Of a DNA stretch of 32,000 nt, positions 1 to 7,867 are shown piece by piece; the stretch's first letter is position 1; every line of letters begins with the position of its first letter. The stretch covers positions 210,001-242,000 of the forward strand of contig OZ252279.1 in the NCBI GenBank assembly GCA_965250005.1, given 5' to 3'. The stretch is from Demequinaceae bacterium (lineage in GTDB: Bacteria; Actinomycetota; Actinomycetes; Actinomycetales; Demequinaceae). The notes beneath the pieces were generated by a model, which saw only the letters and a program-made list of their open reading frames with translations, was not told the origin of the DNA and did not search any database. The position numbers and the translations under genes were made by a program.

Positions 1-1
1 G

Positions 2-310
2 GAGTCCGAGATCAAGGCGTCCTGCACCCAGGCGTACGAGTCCTATCTGCGAATGTTGGAGGCCGGAATCGCGCGCGAGGTAGCCCGCGCCGTGCTGCCC
101 GTGACCATCTACTCGTCCATGTACGTCACCATGAACGCCCGCGCGCTCATGAACTTCTTGTCCCTGCGCACCACGCGCGAGGGCACCCACTTCCCATCGT
201 TTCCGCAGCGCGAGATCGAAATGGTCGCAGAGAAGATGGAAGACGGCTGGGCTGAGCTCATGCCCATGACGTACGAGGCGTTCAACAAGTCCGGCCGCGT
301 CGCGCCGTGA
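2..310 (+). CDS. thyX: FAD-dependent thymidylate synthase ThyX, C-terminal fragment (5' end outside window)
   Basis: The frame is open from the window edge to TGA 308-310. The tail ...IAREVARAVLPVTIYSSMYVTMNARALMNFLSLR...QREIEMVAEKM resembles the conserved ThyX C-terminal helices (from memory). The thyX-dapA-rnj neighbourhood matches Mycobacterium. Confidence 0.75.
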   Translation, partial: ESEIKASCTQAYESYLRMLEAGIAREVARAVLPVTIYSSMYVTMNARALMNFLSLRTTREGTHFPSFPQREIEMVAEKMEDGWAELMPMTYEAFNKSGRVAP

Positions 311-660
311 GTCGCGGTCAGGCGCGCGGCGGCGCGGCGGCGATCGTGGCGGGTTTGTTGCTGGCGACCGCCTCGCTCGCTGGGTGCAGCACCCTCGACG
401 CATACGACGTGGTGAACGGTTGCTCGGTCCCGATTGAGGTCACACTCGACCAGCCGGGTAACTCGACGCGCTCCTCTGACGCGACGCTCGCGCCCGGCGC
501 AAGCGAGGTGCTTGACAGTGTGGGCCCGCCCAGCGCCGCCCTCTATGTGAAGGCCGATGGTGCGGACGCGTGGGCCCACCAGATCCCGGGTGGCGAGCTG
601 CCGGGCTACGACCCTGACGGCCCCGCGACCTACGTGGTCGAGGGCGAGTACTGCCCGTAG
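307..660 (+). CDS. small putative lipoprotein, unknown function
   Basis: GTG 307 overlaps the thyX stop (GTGA). The N-terminus MSRGQARGGAAAIVAGLLLATASLAGC has a basic n-region, a hydrophobic core and an L-A-G-C lipobox. Third codon positions are mostly G/C. There are two further Cys (NGCS, EYCP). No family recognised. Confidence 0.6.
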   Translation: MSRGQARGGAAAIVAGLLLATASLAGCSTLDAYDVVNGCSVPIEVTLDQPGNSTRSSDATLAPGASEVLDSVGPPSAALYVKADGADAWAHQIPGGELPGYDPDGPATYVVEGEYCP

Positions 661-800
661 GCCCTTGGCTTGCGGCCAACGGTGGGACACGTGGTAGGCA
701 TGGTTACCGCGGAATTTCTGACGAGTACAGCAGGTTCGACCGATCACAGCCGAACCGGACCCTGCGTCGACGCCGGGTCCCCGATAAACCAGGAGCGCTC

Positions 801-1250
801 ATGTCAGATCCGCAAGACAAGTTTCCCATCCCGAGTGAGGGCATGATCGTCACGCACCTCGTCATCTCGGACGATGTCCCCAAAACCACCCACTTCTATG
901 GCGAACTGCTCGGCGGCGAAGTGACGATGGACATGGACGGTGCGTTCTCGGCGGTCAAGCTCGCGAACACGTGGGTCCTGATCGTCGGCGGCGGGGGAGG
1001 AACCCCGGACAAGCCAGACGTGACGCTCGCGCCACCGGCCGACATTAACCTGTTCCACGCGTTCATGAACATCCGCGTTGCGGACATCGACGCTGTCCAC
1101 AAGGAGTGGTCGGCCAAGGGCGTCGAGTTCATTACGGAGCCGCTCGACAATCGCGGCATGGAGATGCGTTGCTACATCCGCGACCCCGATGGCCGGATCA
1201 TCGAAGTCGGCCAGTCCACGGGAATGAACGACTTCCTCGCGAACGCCTAG
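801..1250 (+). CDS. VOC (glyoxalase / bleomycin-resistance / dioxygenase superfamily) protein
   Basis: ATG 801 is preceded by AGGAG (791-795). The 149-aa size and sequence pattern (THLVISDD..FYGELLGG ... MRCYIRDPDGRIIEV) are typical of single-domain VOC proteins. Confidence 0.7.
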   Translation: MSDPQDKFPIPSEGMIVTHLVISDDVPKTTHFYGELLGGEVTMDMDGAFSAVKLANTWVLIVGGGGGTPDKPDVTLAPPADINLFHAFMNIRVADIDAVHKEWSAKGVEFITEPLDNRGMEMRCYIRDPDGRIIEVGQSTGMNDFLANA

Positions 1251-1316
1251 CGCGACGGTCGCTCCGTTGCCACCAGCAGGCCGGAGCGAAACCTGAGACG
1301 CTTGTACCTGATCGAC

Positions 1317-1336
1317 ACGTCCGCCGCGGCGGACGT
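1317..1336. terminator. possible bidirectional terminator hairpin between convergent genes
   Basis: A perfect 20-bp palindrome ACGTCCGCCGCGGCGGACGT lies in the 94-bp gap between the VOC stop (1248-1250) and the GH20 stop (1345-1347). It can form an 8-bp GC-rich stem with a 4-nt loop on either strand. There is no U-tract. Confidence 0.35.
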
Positions 1337-1344
1337 CGTTGGTC

Positions 1345-2847
1345 CTACCAGCCCAGTTGCGGTTCCACGTAATAGTTAATTCCCAGGGCGTCGAGATGCG
1401 CCCGTAGCGCACCCAATCTTTGGGCGAATTGGCTGTAGTCCCGGTTGGCCTCTGTGGTCCAAGCCAACTCGGCGATCGCAGCCATGCGCGGCCACATCCG
1501 GTTGTCGGCCGCGTCAATGCTCTCCACACGCTCTGACCACATCGCGCCCTCGACGCCCATGACGTTCGAGTAACTCTGGGGATTCATGCTGTACGCGCGC
1601 TCTAGCGAGACGCCGTCGGCGCTGCACCACGTGTACGTATTGGGCTGGCCGGGGAAGTTCCCGTGGTCGAAGTAGGTGTAACTGCATGGAGACAGCACTT
1701 GCTGGATGCCACGGTCAAGTGCGGGCTGGATGTTGTAATTGTCGTTCCACAGTTGCAGCAAACCTGACGTCCGAATCTCGCCGGCGGATGCTTCCTCCCA
1801 CGCGACGATCTTGCGCCCTAGGTCCGCGGCGATGGCGTCGACCCTTTCGATGAACTCGGGGTACAGCGGATCGGCGATTTCGTCGCCGCCGATGTGGATG
1901 TACTCCGAGGGGAAGATTTCTGTGACTTCCCGAAGAACGTCCTCGACGAACGGGTAAATGACGTCGGGCTTCGTCAGGCACAACTTGCTGAAGCCCACCT
2001 CGACACCGCTGTACGTCGAGAGGTTCGTGACGTCGTCGCAGGCAAGTTCGTTGTAGGACGCCAAGGCGGCCTGCGTGTGGCCGGGCAAGTCGATTTCGGG
2101 GATTATCTCGATCTGGCGCAGGGCCGCGTACTCGACGAGTTCGCGCATCTCGTCTTGCGTGTAGTAGCCGCCTTCACCGCCACCCACATCTGTCGATCCA
2201 CCGACGACGGTGAGGTTGGGCCAACTCTTGATTTCCAGCCGCCACCCTTGATCGTCCGTCAAGTGCAGGTGCAACCGGTTCAACTTGAAAAGAGCCATGC
2301 GGTCCACGTGCTGCTTGAGGTACTCAAGCGGGAGGAAGTTGCGCGCGACATCGACCATGCTGCCGCGCCAGGGGTATGCCGGGCTATCGCTGACCTCGAT
2401 GTGGGGAAGCGTGTATTCGTCCTCCGCGGCAGCGGGCAGCAGTTGTCGGAGCGTCTGAACGCCGTAGAAGAGGCCTGTGTCTGTGGTGGCGCGAATGGAG
2501 ATGTTGTCGTCAATCGTCAATGCGTATCCCTCGTCACCGAGGCTCGGGTCGCCGTCGAGGGACAGAGTGATCGAGATCGTGGCGGAAGCGCTGTGCGCGA
2601 TGCTCAGCGCCGCGAGAGTCGACTCCAGCTCCAGAGTGCCCTGGGGCGCCGCGGCGTCGATGACGACAAGAGCATCGCTAGCGAGGACGAGCTCGCCGCC
2701 GGTTTCGACGAGATCGCTGGGAAATGGCACCACCATGGGCTGCTCCTGGGCATTTGACGTGGGAGGGGATGTTGCTGACTCAGATGCGTCCGAACTACAG
2801 GCGGCGAGCGCCAGGCATAGAACCAACACACCAATGTTACGCGTCAT
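1345..2847 (-). CDS. beta-N-acetylhexosaminidase, glycoside hydrolase family 20, lipoprotein
   Basis: 500 aa. It has a lipoprotein signal MTRNIGVLVLCLALAAC and the GH20 catalytic-domain signatures HLHLTDDQGWR and HIGGDE (the Asp-Glu pair). Confidence 0.85.
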   Translation of the reverse strand: MTRNIGVLVLCLALAACSSDASESATSPPTSNAQEQPMVVPFPSDLVETGGELVLASDALVVIDAAAPQGTLELESTLAALSIAHSASATISITLSLDGDPSLGDEGYALTIDDNISIRATTDTGLFYGVQTLRQLLPAAAEDEYTLPHIEVSDSPAYPWRGSMVDVARNFLPLEYLKQHVDRMALFKLNRLHLHLTDDQGWRLEIKSWPNLTVVGGSTDVGGGEGGYYTQDEMRELVEYAALRQIEIIPEIDLPGHTQAALASYNELACDDVTNLSTYSGVEVGFSKLCLTKPDVIYPFVEDVLREVTEIFPSEYIHIGGDEIADPLYPEFIERVDAIAADLGRKIVAWEEASAGEIRTSGLLQLWNDNYNIQPALDRGIQQVLSPCSYTYFDHGNFPGQPNTYTWCSADGVSLERAYSMNPQSYSNVMGVEGAMWSERVESIDAADNRMWPRMAAIAELAWTTEANRDYSQFAQRLGALRAHLDALGINYYVEPQLGW

Positions 2848-3033
2848 GGGACCAATCCTTGTCGCCAGCAGCGGGGGCCACGACCTGCGGGGCCTGGACG
2901 AAAATCAACGTACCATGCCGACCATAACGCCGTTATGAAGGCGTGCGCGCTGCCCCCAATGCGGCCGTGGAAGGCCGCGAGAATCGGCGGTTCTGGCCCG
3001 TCATAGCGGCGGACGACGAAGGACTCGTCGGCC

Positions 3034-3957
3034 ATGCCTCCAAACGATAGGCTGGCAGGCATGACTTCACCCACCCGTCCGTTTGGTGCGGTGCTCACCG
3101 CAATGGTGACGCCGATGCGCCCCGACGGAGAGGTTGACCTCGACGCCGCGCAGCGGGTAGCGACCTACCTGGTCGACAACGGCAACGACGGTCTCGTCAT
3201 TTCCGGAACGACGGGAGAGTCTCCCACGACTCACGCCCCCGAAAAGGTGGATCTGGTCCGGGCTGTCAAGGAGGCGGTGGGGGACAGAGCGATTATCGTC
3301 ACGGGTGCGTGCTCGAACGACACTGCGCACGCCGTGCGGATGGCAGAGCAAGGAGCAGAGGCAGGCGCAGACGGCGTCCTCGCCCTCGTCCCGTACTACT
3401 CGCGGCCATCACAATCGGGGATCGTCGCGCACCTCACGCTCATCGCCGAGGCCACGGAGTTGCCTGTCATGGTCTACGACATCCCCGGACGCACGGGCAT
3501 CGCGCTAAGCGAGGAATCCTACGACCACATCGCCAACCGCGACACCATAGTGGCCATTAAGGACGCGACGGGAAACGTTGCGTCCGCCAAGAACCGCATC
3601 GAGCGGACCGGGCTCGCCTGGTACTCGGGTGACGACGTCCTCACCCTTGAGTTCCTGCGCGCGGGGGCGGTAGGCGCCGTCTCGGTGACATCACACGCGG
3701 TCTCGCGCCAGCTCGCGGACATGGTCGCTGCGCACGACGACGGCGATTCGGCCGAGGCAGACCGCATTAATGCCGAGATGATGCCCGTGATCGAGGCAGT
3801 GATGGGCGCTGGCCTAGGCGCGGTCATGGCCAAGGCGGTTATGGAGGCGCTCGGCGTGCTCGACAACCGCCATTTGCGGCTCCCGCAGCTTGCGGCGTCG
3901 CCGCACGAATACGAGGACCTGAAGGTTGCGCTGAGCGCTGCCGGCCTCATTACCTAA
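3034..3957 (+). CDS. dapA: 4-hydroxy-tetrahydrodipicolinate synthase
   Basis: 307 aa with DapA signatures TAMVTPM, SGTTGES, YDIPGRTG and AIKDATG (Schiff-base Lys). SD-like GAAGGA (3019-3024) precedes ATG 3034; an alternative ATG is at 3061. Confidence 0.9.
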   Translation: MPPNDRLAGMTSPTRPFGAVLTAMVTPMRPDGEVDLDAAQRVATYLVDNGNDGLVISGTTGESPTTHAPEKVDLVRAVKEAVGDRAIIVTGACSNDTAHAVRMAEQGAEAGADGVLALVPYYSRPSQSGIVAHLTLIAEATELPVMVYDIPGRTGIALSEESYDHIANRDTIVAIKDATGNVASAKNRIERTGLAWYSGDDVLTLEFLRAGAVGAVSVTSHAVSRQLADMVAAHDDGDSAEADRINAEMMPVIEAVMGAGLGAVMAKAVMEALGVLDNRHLRLPQLAASPHEYEDLKVALSAAGLIT

Positions 3958-3968
3958 GAAGCGAGCAC

Positions 3969-5651
3969 ATGCACTTTCACCCCGAGCTTGGCCTGCCCCC
4001 CAAAATGAAGCCGGACTCCGTCCGCATCGTTCAGTTGGGAGGTCTTGGAGAAGTCGGCCGGAACATGGCCGTCCTTGAGTACGGCGGCAAGCTGCTGATT
4101 ATTGACTGCGGCGTGCTCTTTCCAGAGGACAACCAGCCGGGCGTCGACCTGATCTTGCCGGACTTCACCTACATCAAGGACCGCCTGGACGACATCGAGG
4201 CCGTGGTGCTCACGCACGGGCACGAGGACCACATTGGCGGCGTGCCGTACCTGCTGCGCCTGCGCAACGACATCCCGCTCATCGGCTCCACCCTGACGCT
4301 CGCCTTCATCGAAGCGAAGCTCAAGGAGCACCGCATTACGCCACTGACGCTCAACGTCAAGGAAGGCCAGAAGGAACAGATTGGCAAGTTCGACCTGGAG
4401 TTCCTCGCGGTCAACCACTCCATCCCGGACGCGCTCGCGGTCATGGTGCGCACGCCCGCGGGCACTCTCCTGCACACCGGCGACTTCAAGATGGACCAAC
4501 TCCCGCTCGACGGCCGCATCACAGACCTGCGTGGATTCGCGCGCATGGGCGACGAGGGCGTTGACCTCTTCATGGTGGACTCCACCAACGCGGAGGTGCC
4601 CGGCTTCACGATGCACGAGAACGAGATCGGGCCCACGCTCGAGCATCTCTTCAGCCAGTCCGACGGGCGCATCGTCTGCGCATCGTTCGCCTCGCACGTC
4701 CACCGCGTTCAGCAGGTAATCGACGCAGCCCACAAGGACGACCGCCGTGTCGCGTTTGCTGGCCGCTCGATGATCCGCAACATGGGAATCGCAGCAGAAC
4801 TCGGCTTCCTCAAGATCCCCGACGGCATCATGATCGACGCTAAGAAAGCCGACTCGCTGCCCGCGGACAAGGTTGTGTTCATGTGCACGGGCTCGCAGGG
4901 CGAGCCCATGGCCGCCCTCAGCCGCATCGCCAACCAGGACTACAAGGTTGGCGTTGGCCCCGGCGACCTTGTCGTCATGGCATCGTCGCTCATCCCTGGC
5001 AACGAGAACGCCGTTTTTCGGGTCATCAACGGCTTGCTGCGCCTTGGCGCCGACGTTGTGCACGGCGGGAACGCGCGCGTCCACGTCTCCGGCCACGCAA
5101 GCGCTGGCGAATTGCTCTACTGCTACAACATCGTGAAGCCCAAAAATGTGATGCCCGTGCACGGCGAGGTTCGACACCTGCTGGCGAACGCGGCGATCGC
5201 CCACAAGACCGGCATTCCCAAGGAGAACATCCCGCTCGCCGACGACGGCGTCGTGGTGGACCTGCACCAAGGCAAGGCGAAGGTCGTCGGTGCTGTCCCT
5301 TGCCACTACGTGTACGTGGACGGTGGCAGCGTGGGCGAACTCACCGACTCCGAGCTCAAGGACCGGGTGATCCTCAGTGAGGAGGGCTTCGTATCAGTGT
5401 TCGTCGTCGTGGATTCAACCACCGGCAAGGTTGTCTCTGGGCCGACGATTCACGCGCGCGGAGTGGCCGAGGATGACTCGGTGTTCGACGCGATCATCCC
5501 GAAGCTCACGGAGGCGATCGAGGAAGCTTCCAAGGGCGGCACCGTCGACAACCACCAGCTGCAGCAGGTGATGCGGCGCACACTCGGGCGCTGGGTGGGC
5601 AACAAGTTGCGCCGCCGCCCGATGATCATTCCGGTGGTCGTGGAGGCTTAG
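3969..5651 (+). CDS. rnj: ribonuclease J
   Basis: 560 aa with the metallo-beta-lactamase motif HGHEDHIGG and beta-CASP-type architecture. It lies immediately downstream of dapA, as in other Actinomycetota. Confidence 0.9.
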   Translation: MHFHPELGLPPKMKPDSVRIVQLGGLGEVGRNMAVLEYGGKLLIIDCGVLFPEDNQPGVDLILPDFTYIKDRLDDIEAVVLTHGHEDHIGGVPYLLRLRNDIPLIGSTLTLAFIEAKLKEHRITPLTLNVKEGQKEQIGKFDLEFLAVNHSIPDALAVMVRTPAGTLLHTGDFKMDQLPLDGRITDLRGFARMGDEGVDLFMVDSTNAEVPGFTMHENEIGPTLEHLFSQSDGRIVCASFASHVHRVQQVIDAAHKDDRRVAFAGRSMIRNMGIAAELGFLKIPDGIMIDAKKADSLPADKVVFMCTGSQGEPMAALSRIANQDYKVGVGPGDLVVMASSLIPGNENAVFRVINGLLRLGADVVHGGNARVHVSGHASAGELLYCYNIVKPKNVMPVHGEVRHLLANAAIAHKTGIPKENIPLADDGVVVDLHQGKAKVVGAVPCHYVYVDGGSVGELTDSELKDRVILSEEGFVSVFVVVDSTTGKVVSGPTIHARGVAEDDSVFDAIIPKLTEAIEEASKGGTVDNHQLQQVMRRTLGRWVGNKLRRRPMIIPVVVEA

Positions 5652-5662
5652 CGAGTGACCCG

Positions 5663-6184
5663 ATGACGCCCGGCCGTCCGAACCTTGCCAATGAGTTTAC
5701 GGGCTTCTTCGCGGGCGCCGGCGCCTTCTTGCTCGCGAGTTTCGTCGTCCTGGGAGCCGTGGGCGCGCCGTTCCTAGCGGGGGTCGACTCTTCAATTTCG
5801 GGGTGCATAGCCGATCAGCCATGGACTGTGCGGGGTTGGGTCGGTCCCGCTGCCACCGAATTGGGGGTGCTTGGCCTCGCGTGCCTGTTTCATTGGCTCA
5901 CAACGATCGCCTTCACCGGCCGAAGGTCACCGCGAGCGTGGGCCATCGTCTACTTTGCGGCCGCGTCGTTCCTCGTGACCTACGGCACCGCCATTCATGT
6001 TTGGAGTTGGCGCCATTGGAACGGGCTCGAAGCGCAGGACGGCGACATAGCTCCGGTCTGCGACCCGATCATTGCGGATACCGTTCAGATTCCGCTCGGC
6101 CTCGCGGTGTTTGGCGTGATTCTCGCCGCGCACCTGTTTGCGCTGATGCAGATCAGTGACTTCCGGCTTCGGCGGAAACCGTAG
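5663..6184 (+). CDS. hypothetical integral membrane protein (about 4 TM segments)
   Basis: 173 aa. ATG 5663 is 11 nt after the rnj stop. Third codon positions are strongly G/C-biased in this frame. Hydrophobic segments include FFAGAGAFLLASFVVLGAVGAPFLAG, LGVLGLACLFHWLTTIAF, AIVYFAAASFLVTYGTAI and IPLGLAVFGVILAAHLFAL. No family recognised. Confidence 0.55.
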   Translation: MTPGRPNLANEFTGFFAGAGAFLLASFVVLGAVGAPFLAGVDSSISGCIADQPWTVRGWVGPAATELGVLGLACLFHWLTTIAFTGRRSPRAWAIVYFAAASFLVTYGTAIHVWSWRHWNGLEAQDGDIAPVCDPIIADTVQIPLGLAVFGVILAAHLFALMQISDFRLRRKP

Positions 6185-6218
6185 TGCGCGAGATCGCCTT
6201 AGAGAGGGAGGATTTAGC

Positions 6219-6385
6219 CTGCGGCGCACGCTCGGGCGCTGGGTGGGCAACAAACTGCGCCGCTGGCCCATGATCATTCCGGTGGTCGTCGAGGCTTGGC
6301 GCGCGCCCCATTGACGGCCCGCGCTCTGGGCCTTGTCCGCGAATTCGTGGGCTTCGCGACTGGTGACTGCATTCGCCGTCGTTGA
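6219..6385 (+). pseudogene. displaced relic: second copy of the last ~26 codons of rnj (stop lost) followed by a truncated paralogue of the downstream membrane-protein gene
   Basis: 6220-6301 matches 5572-5653 at 74/82 nt and encodes RRTLGRWVGNKLRRWPMIIPVVVEA versus RRTLGRWVGNKLRRRPMIIPVVVEA in rnj, with TAG changed to TGG. Eleven nt later, the same spacing as in the live copy, TTG 6311 opens LTARALGLVREFVGFATGDCIRRR*. This is weakly similar to MTPGRPNLANEFTGFFAGAG of the 5663 gene and ends at TGA 6383-6385. Confidence 0.7.
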
Positions 6386-6421
6386 GGAGTGTAGAAGTGG
6401 CTGCGTGCTAAGGTCCGCGCT

Positions 6422-7275
6422 ATGGCACCTCGCACCGCATTTCTGTCAGTGCTCGTCGCGGCGGCGCTCTCGCTAGCCGGCTGTTCCAGCCCTAGCGACA
6501 GTATCGAAACCGATACGGAATCGAAACCGATACAGAGTTTTTCATGTTCCTCCGCGCAGACGACGCGAGCTTCAGCGGCGCCGACGGCGACGGCATGCTC
6601 ACACTCATAGGGTTCGACGGGGGTGTGTCGATGTTCGGTGTCGCTCCGGAGGCGATCGCATGGACGGCTCCGGGGTCAACTATTCCAGCGGCCATGGAGA
6701 GCCAAACACTCAATGCCATCATCGAGGCGGGATCCGCGACCTACGCGGTGGCGCTATCCGAAGCAGAATATGACCAGAACACTCGATCGCTAACGTTCTC
6801 TCTCGAGAGCCTTGAGGATCTTGACGACGCGCGGGTAACGAGCGGTGCGGCGGCCTTCGACGCCCTGACCAGTGGCTCCCTGGGTGCGGTCTCAGTCTTC
6901 ATCGACCCAGCCACCGTCACCACCTGCACCTTGACGATTACCGGGCCGGGTTCATCTGATGTCGCCACCCTGTCAAATTCGTCCATGGGACTCTCGACTA
7001 ACGCGCACTGGGTCGAAGAACCTCCAGCTACGTTCCCATTCGACTCATCGATCACGTTCTCCCTTGCGCCGTGCTCGACCAACGTGTCCGTGGAGTTCAA
7101 CTATCCGATCGGTGACCATCCCGCATCGTCTGACTTGTCGGGGTTCATCCATTTCGAAGGCGTATTCACCACGAGTGACGAACCGAGCCGCTTCGCTTGC
7201 GTCATCATCGGCGATGAAACGCCGTATGAATGCGATGAATCGGGAGACGGCTTCGTCATCAAGAAGCTGTATTGA
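6422..7275 (+). pseudogene. lipoprotein gene split by a frameshift (signal peptide in one frame, 243-aa body in another)
   Basis: ATG 6422 encodes MAPRTAFLSVLVAAALSLAGC (lipobox L-A-G-C) and the frame stops at TAG 6608-6610. The body ORF 6544-7275 is in another frame and has no signal peptide or SD. Deleting one 17-bp repeat unit joins them into a 278-aa ORF. Confidence 0.6.
6503..6536 (+). repeat. 17-bp tandem duplication (2 copies, 16/17 identical)
   Basis: ATCGAAACCGATACGGA (6503-6519) is immediately followed by ATCGAAACCGATACAGA (6520-6536). The unit length is not a multiple of 3. Confidence 0.95.
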
Positions 7276-7422
7276 TTCGCGGACCACAGGCGGGGGTCGT
7301 TGCGCGAGCGTTGGTTTCTGCTTGCCCGCCGCTCTTTGTCCGACCGGCCGTTCTTACCTACGGAGCCAAACGCAACGCGGGCATCTTCCAGGACCTAGGT
7401 CCAGGGGGCCGACGTCAGTTCC

Positions 7423-7480
7423 GGGGGAGGCTGGCCTCGCGGGAGGCATACGGGCCTCCCCCTCATTGCCTATGGGAGGC
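7423..7480 (+). promoter_or_regulatory. candidate translational control leader (SD / anti-SD / decoy-SD repeats) of the DUF2249 gene
   Basis: GGGAGGC occurs at 7425-7431, 7441-7447 and 7474-7480; the last copy is the SD, 5 nt before ATG 7486. Complementary GCCTC lies at 7434-7438 and GCCTCCCCC at 7454-7462, which allows mutually exclusive pairings. Confidence 0.3.
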
Positions 7481-7485
7481 GCGCC

Positions 7486-7776
7486 ATGCCCGAGATGATC
7501 CCCGTCAAGGAATCGAACACCAGTTGCCGATGCGGCGAGGACACGGGAGGCACCCCGGAACTGGACGCGCGGACCATTCCGCACGCGGTGCGCCACGGCG
7601 CTGTGATCGGCGCGCTCGACGGGCTCCGCACGGACCGTGCGCTTATCGTGATCGCGCACCACGACCCGGTCCCGCTCTTGAAGCAGATCGACTCCAAGTT
7701 TGGCCAGACGATCGAGCGCGAGTACGTGCAAGAGGGTCCGGACGCGTGGAAGGTGCAGTTCACAAAGGTGTCCTGA
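7486..7776 (+). CDS. DUF2249 domain protein
   Basis: 96 aa. The pattern ELDARTIPHAVRHGAVIGALDGLRTDRALIVIAHHDPVPLL matches the DUF2249 signature as I recall it. A strong SD, GGGAGG, lies upstream. Confidence 0.65.
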   Translation: MPEMIPVKESNTSCRCGEDTGGTPELDARTIPHAVRHGAVIGALDGLRTDRALIVIAHHDPVPLLKQIDSKFGQTIEREYVQEGPDAWKVQFTKVS

Positions 7777-7867
7777 TTCAGCGAGCATTGTGGGCGACCG
7801 CACGGCGCGTTCGCTCAGCGGGGAGCCTCACCCGCCGCGTCGTCCCCGCGCGGTAGCGTGACGGATT

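Noticed and set aside
1894-2757. 287-aa plus-strand ORF opposite the GH20 gene
   Set aside because: The minus strand carries the GH20 signatures HLHLTDDQGWR and HIGGDE. The plus-strand product has no recognisable features.
3954-5306. 450-aa ORF on the minus strand opposite rnj
   Set aside because: It is a shadow frame of a high-GC gene. It has Arg/Val/Asp/His-rich low-information composition and no recognisable motifs, while the opposite strand encodes an unmistakable RNase J.
6445-6452. TGTCAGTG, resembling the PafBC/RecA-NDp promoter core
   Set aside because: It lies inside the lipoprotein signal-peptide coding sequence and has no TANNNT element at the required 8-nt spacing.
7276-7420. 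Possible known riboswitch aptamer (ZTP/pfl or other) upstream of the DUF2249 gene
   Set aside because: I could not match the conserved cores of any class I know by eye. I report only the SD/anti-SD repeats, which are directly visible.
7272-7856. 194-aa ORF covering the intergenic region and the DUF2249 gene in another frame
   Set aside because: The product is extremely Arg/Pro/Gly-rich. It overlaps a better-supported DUF2249 frame that has a strong SD.
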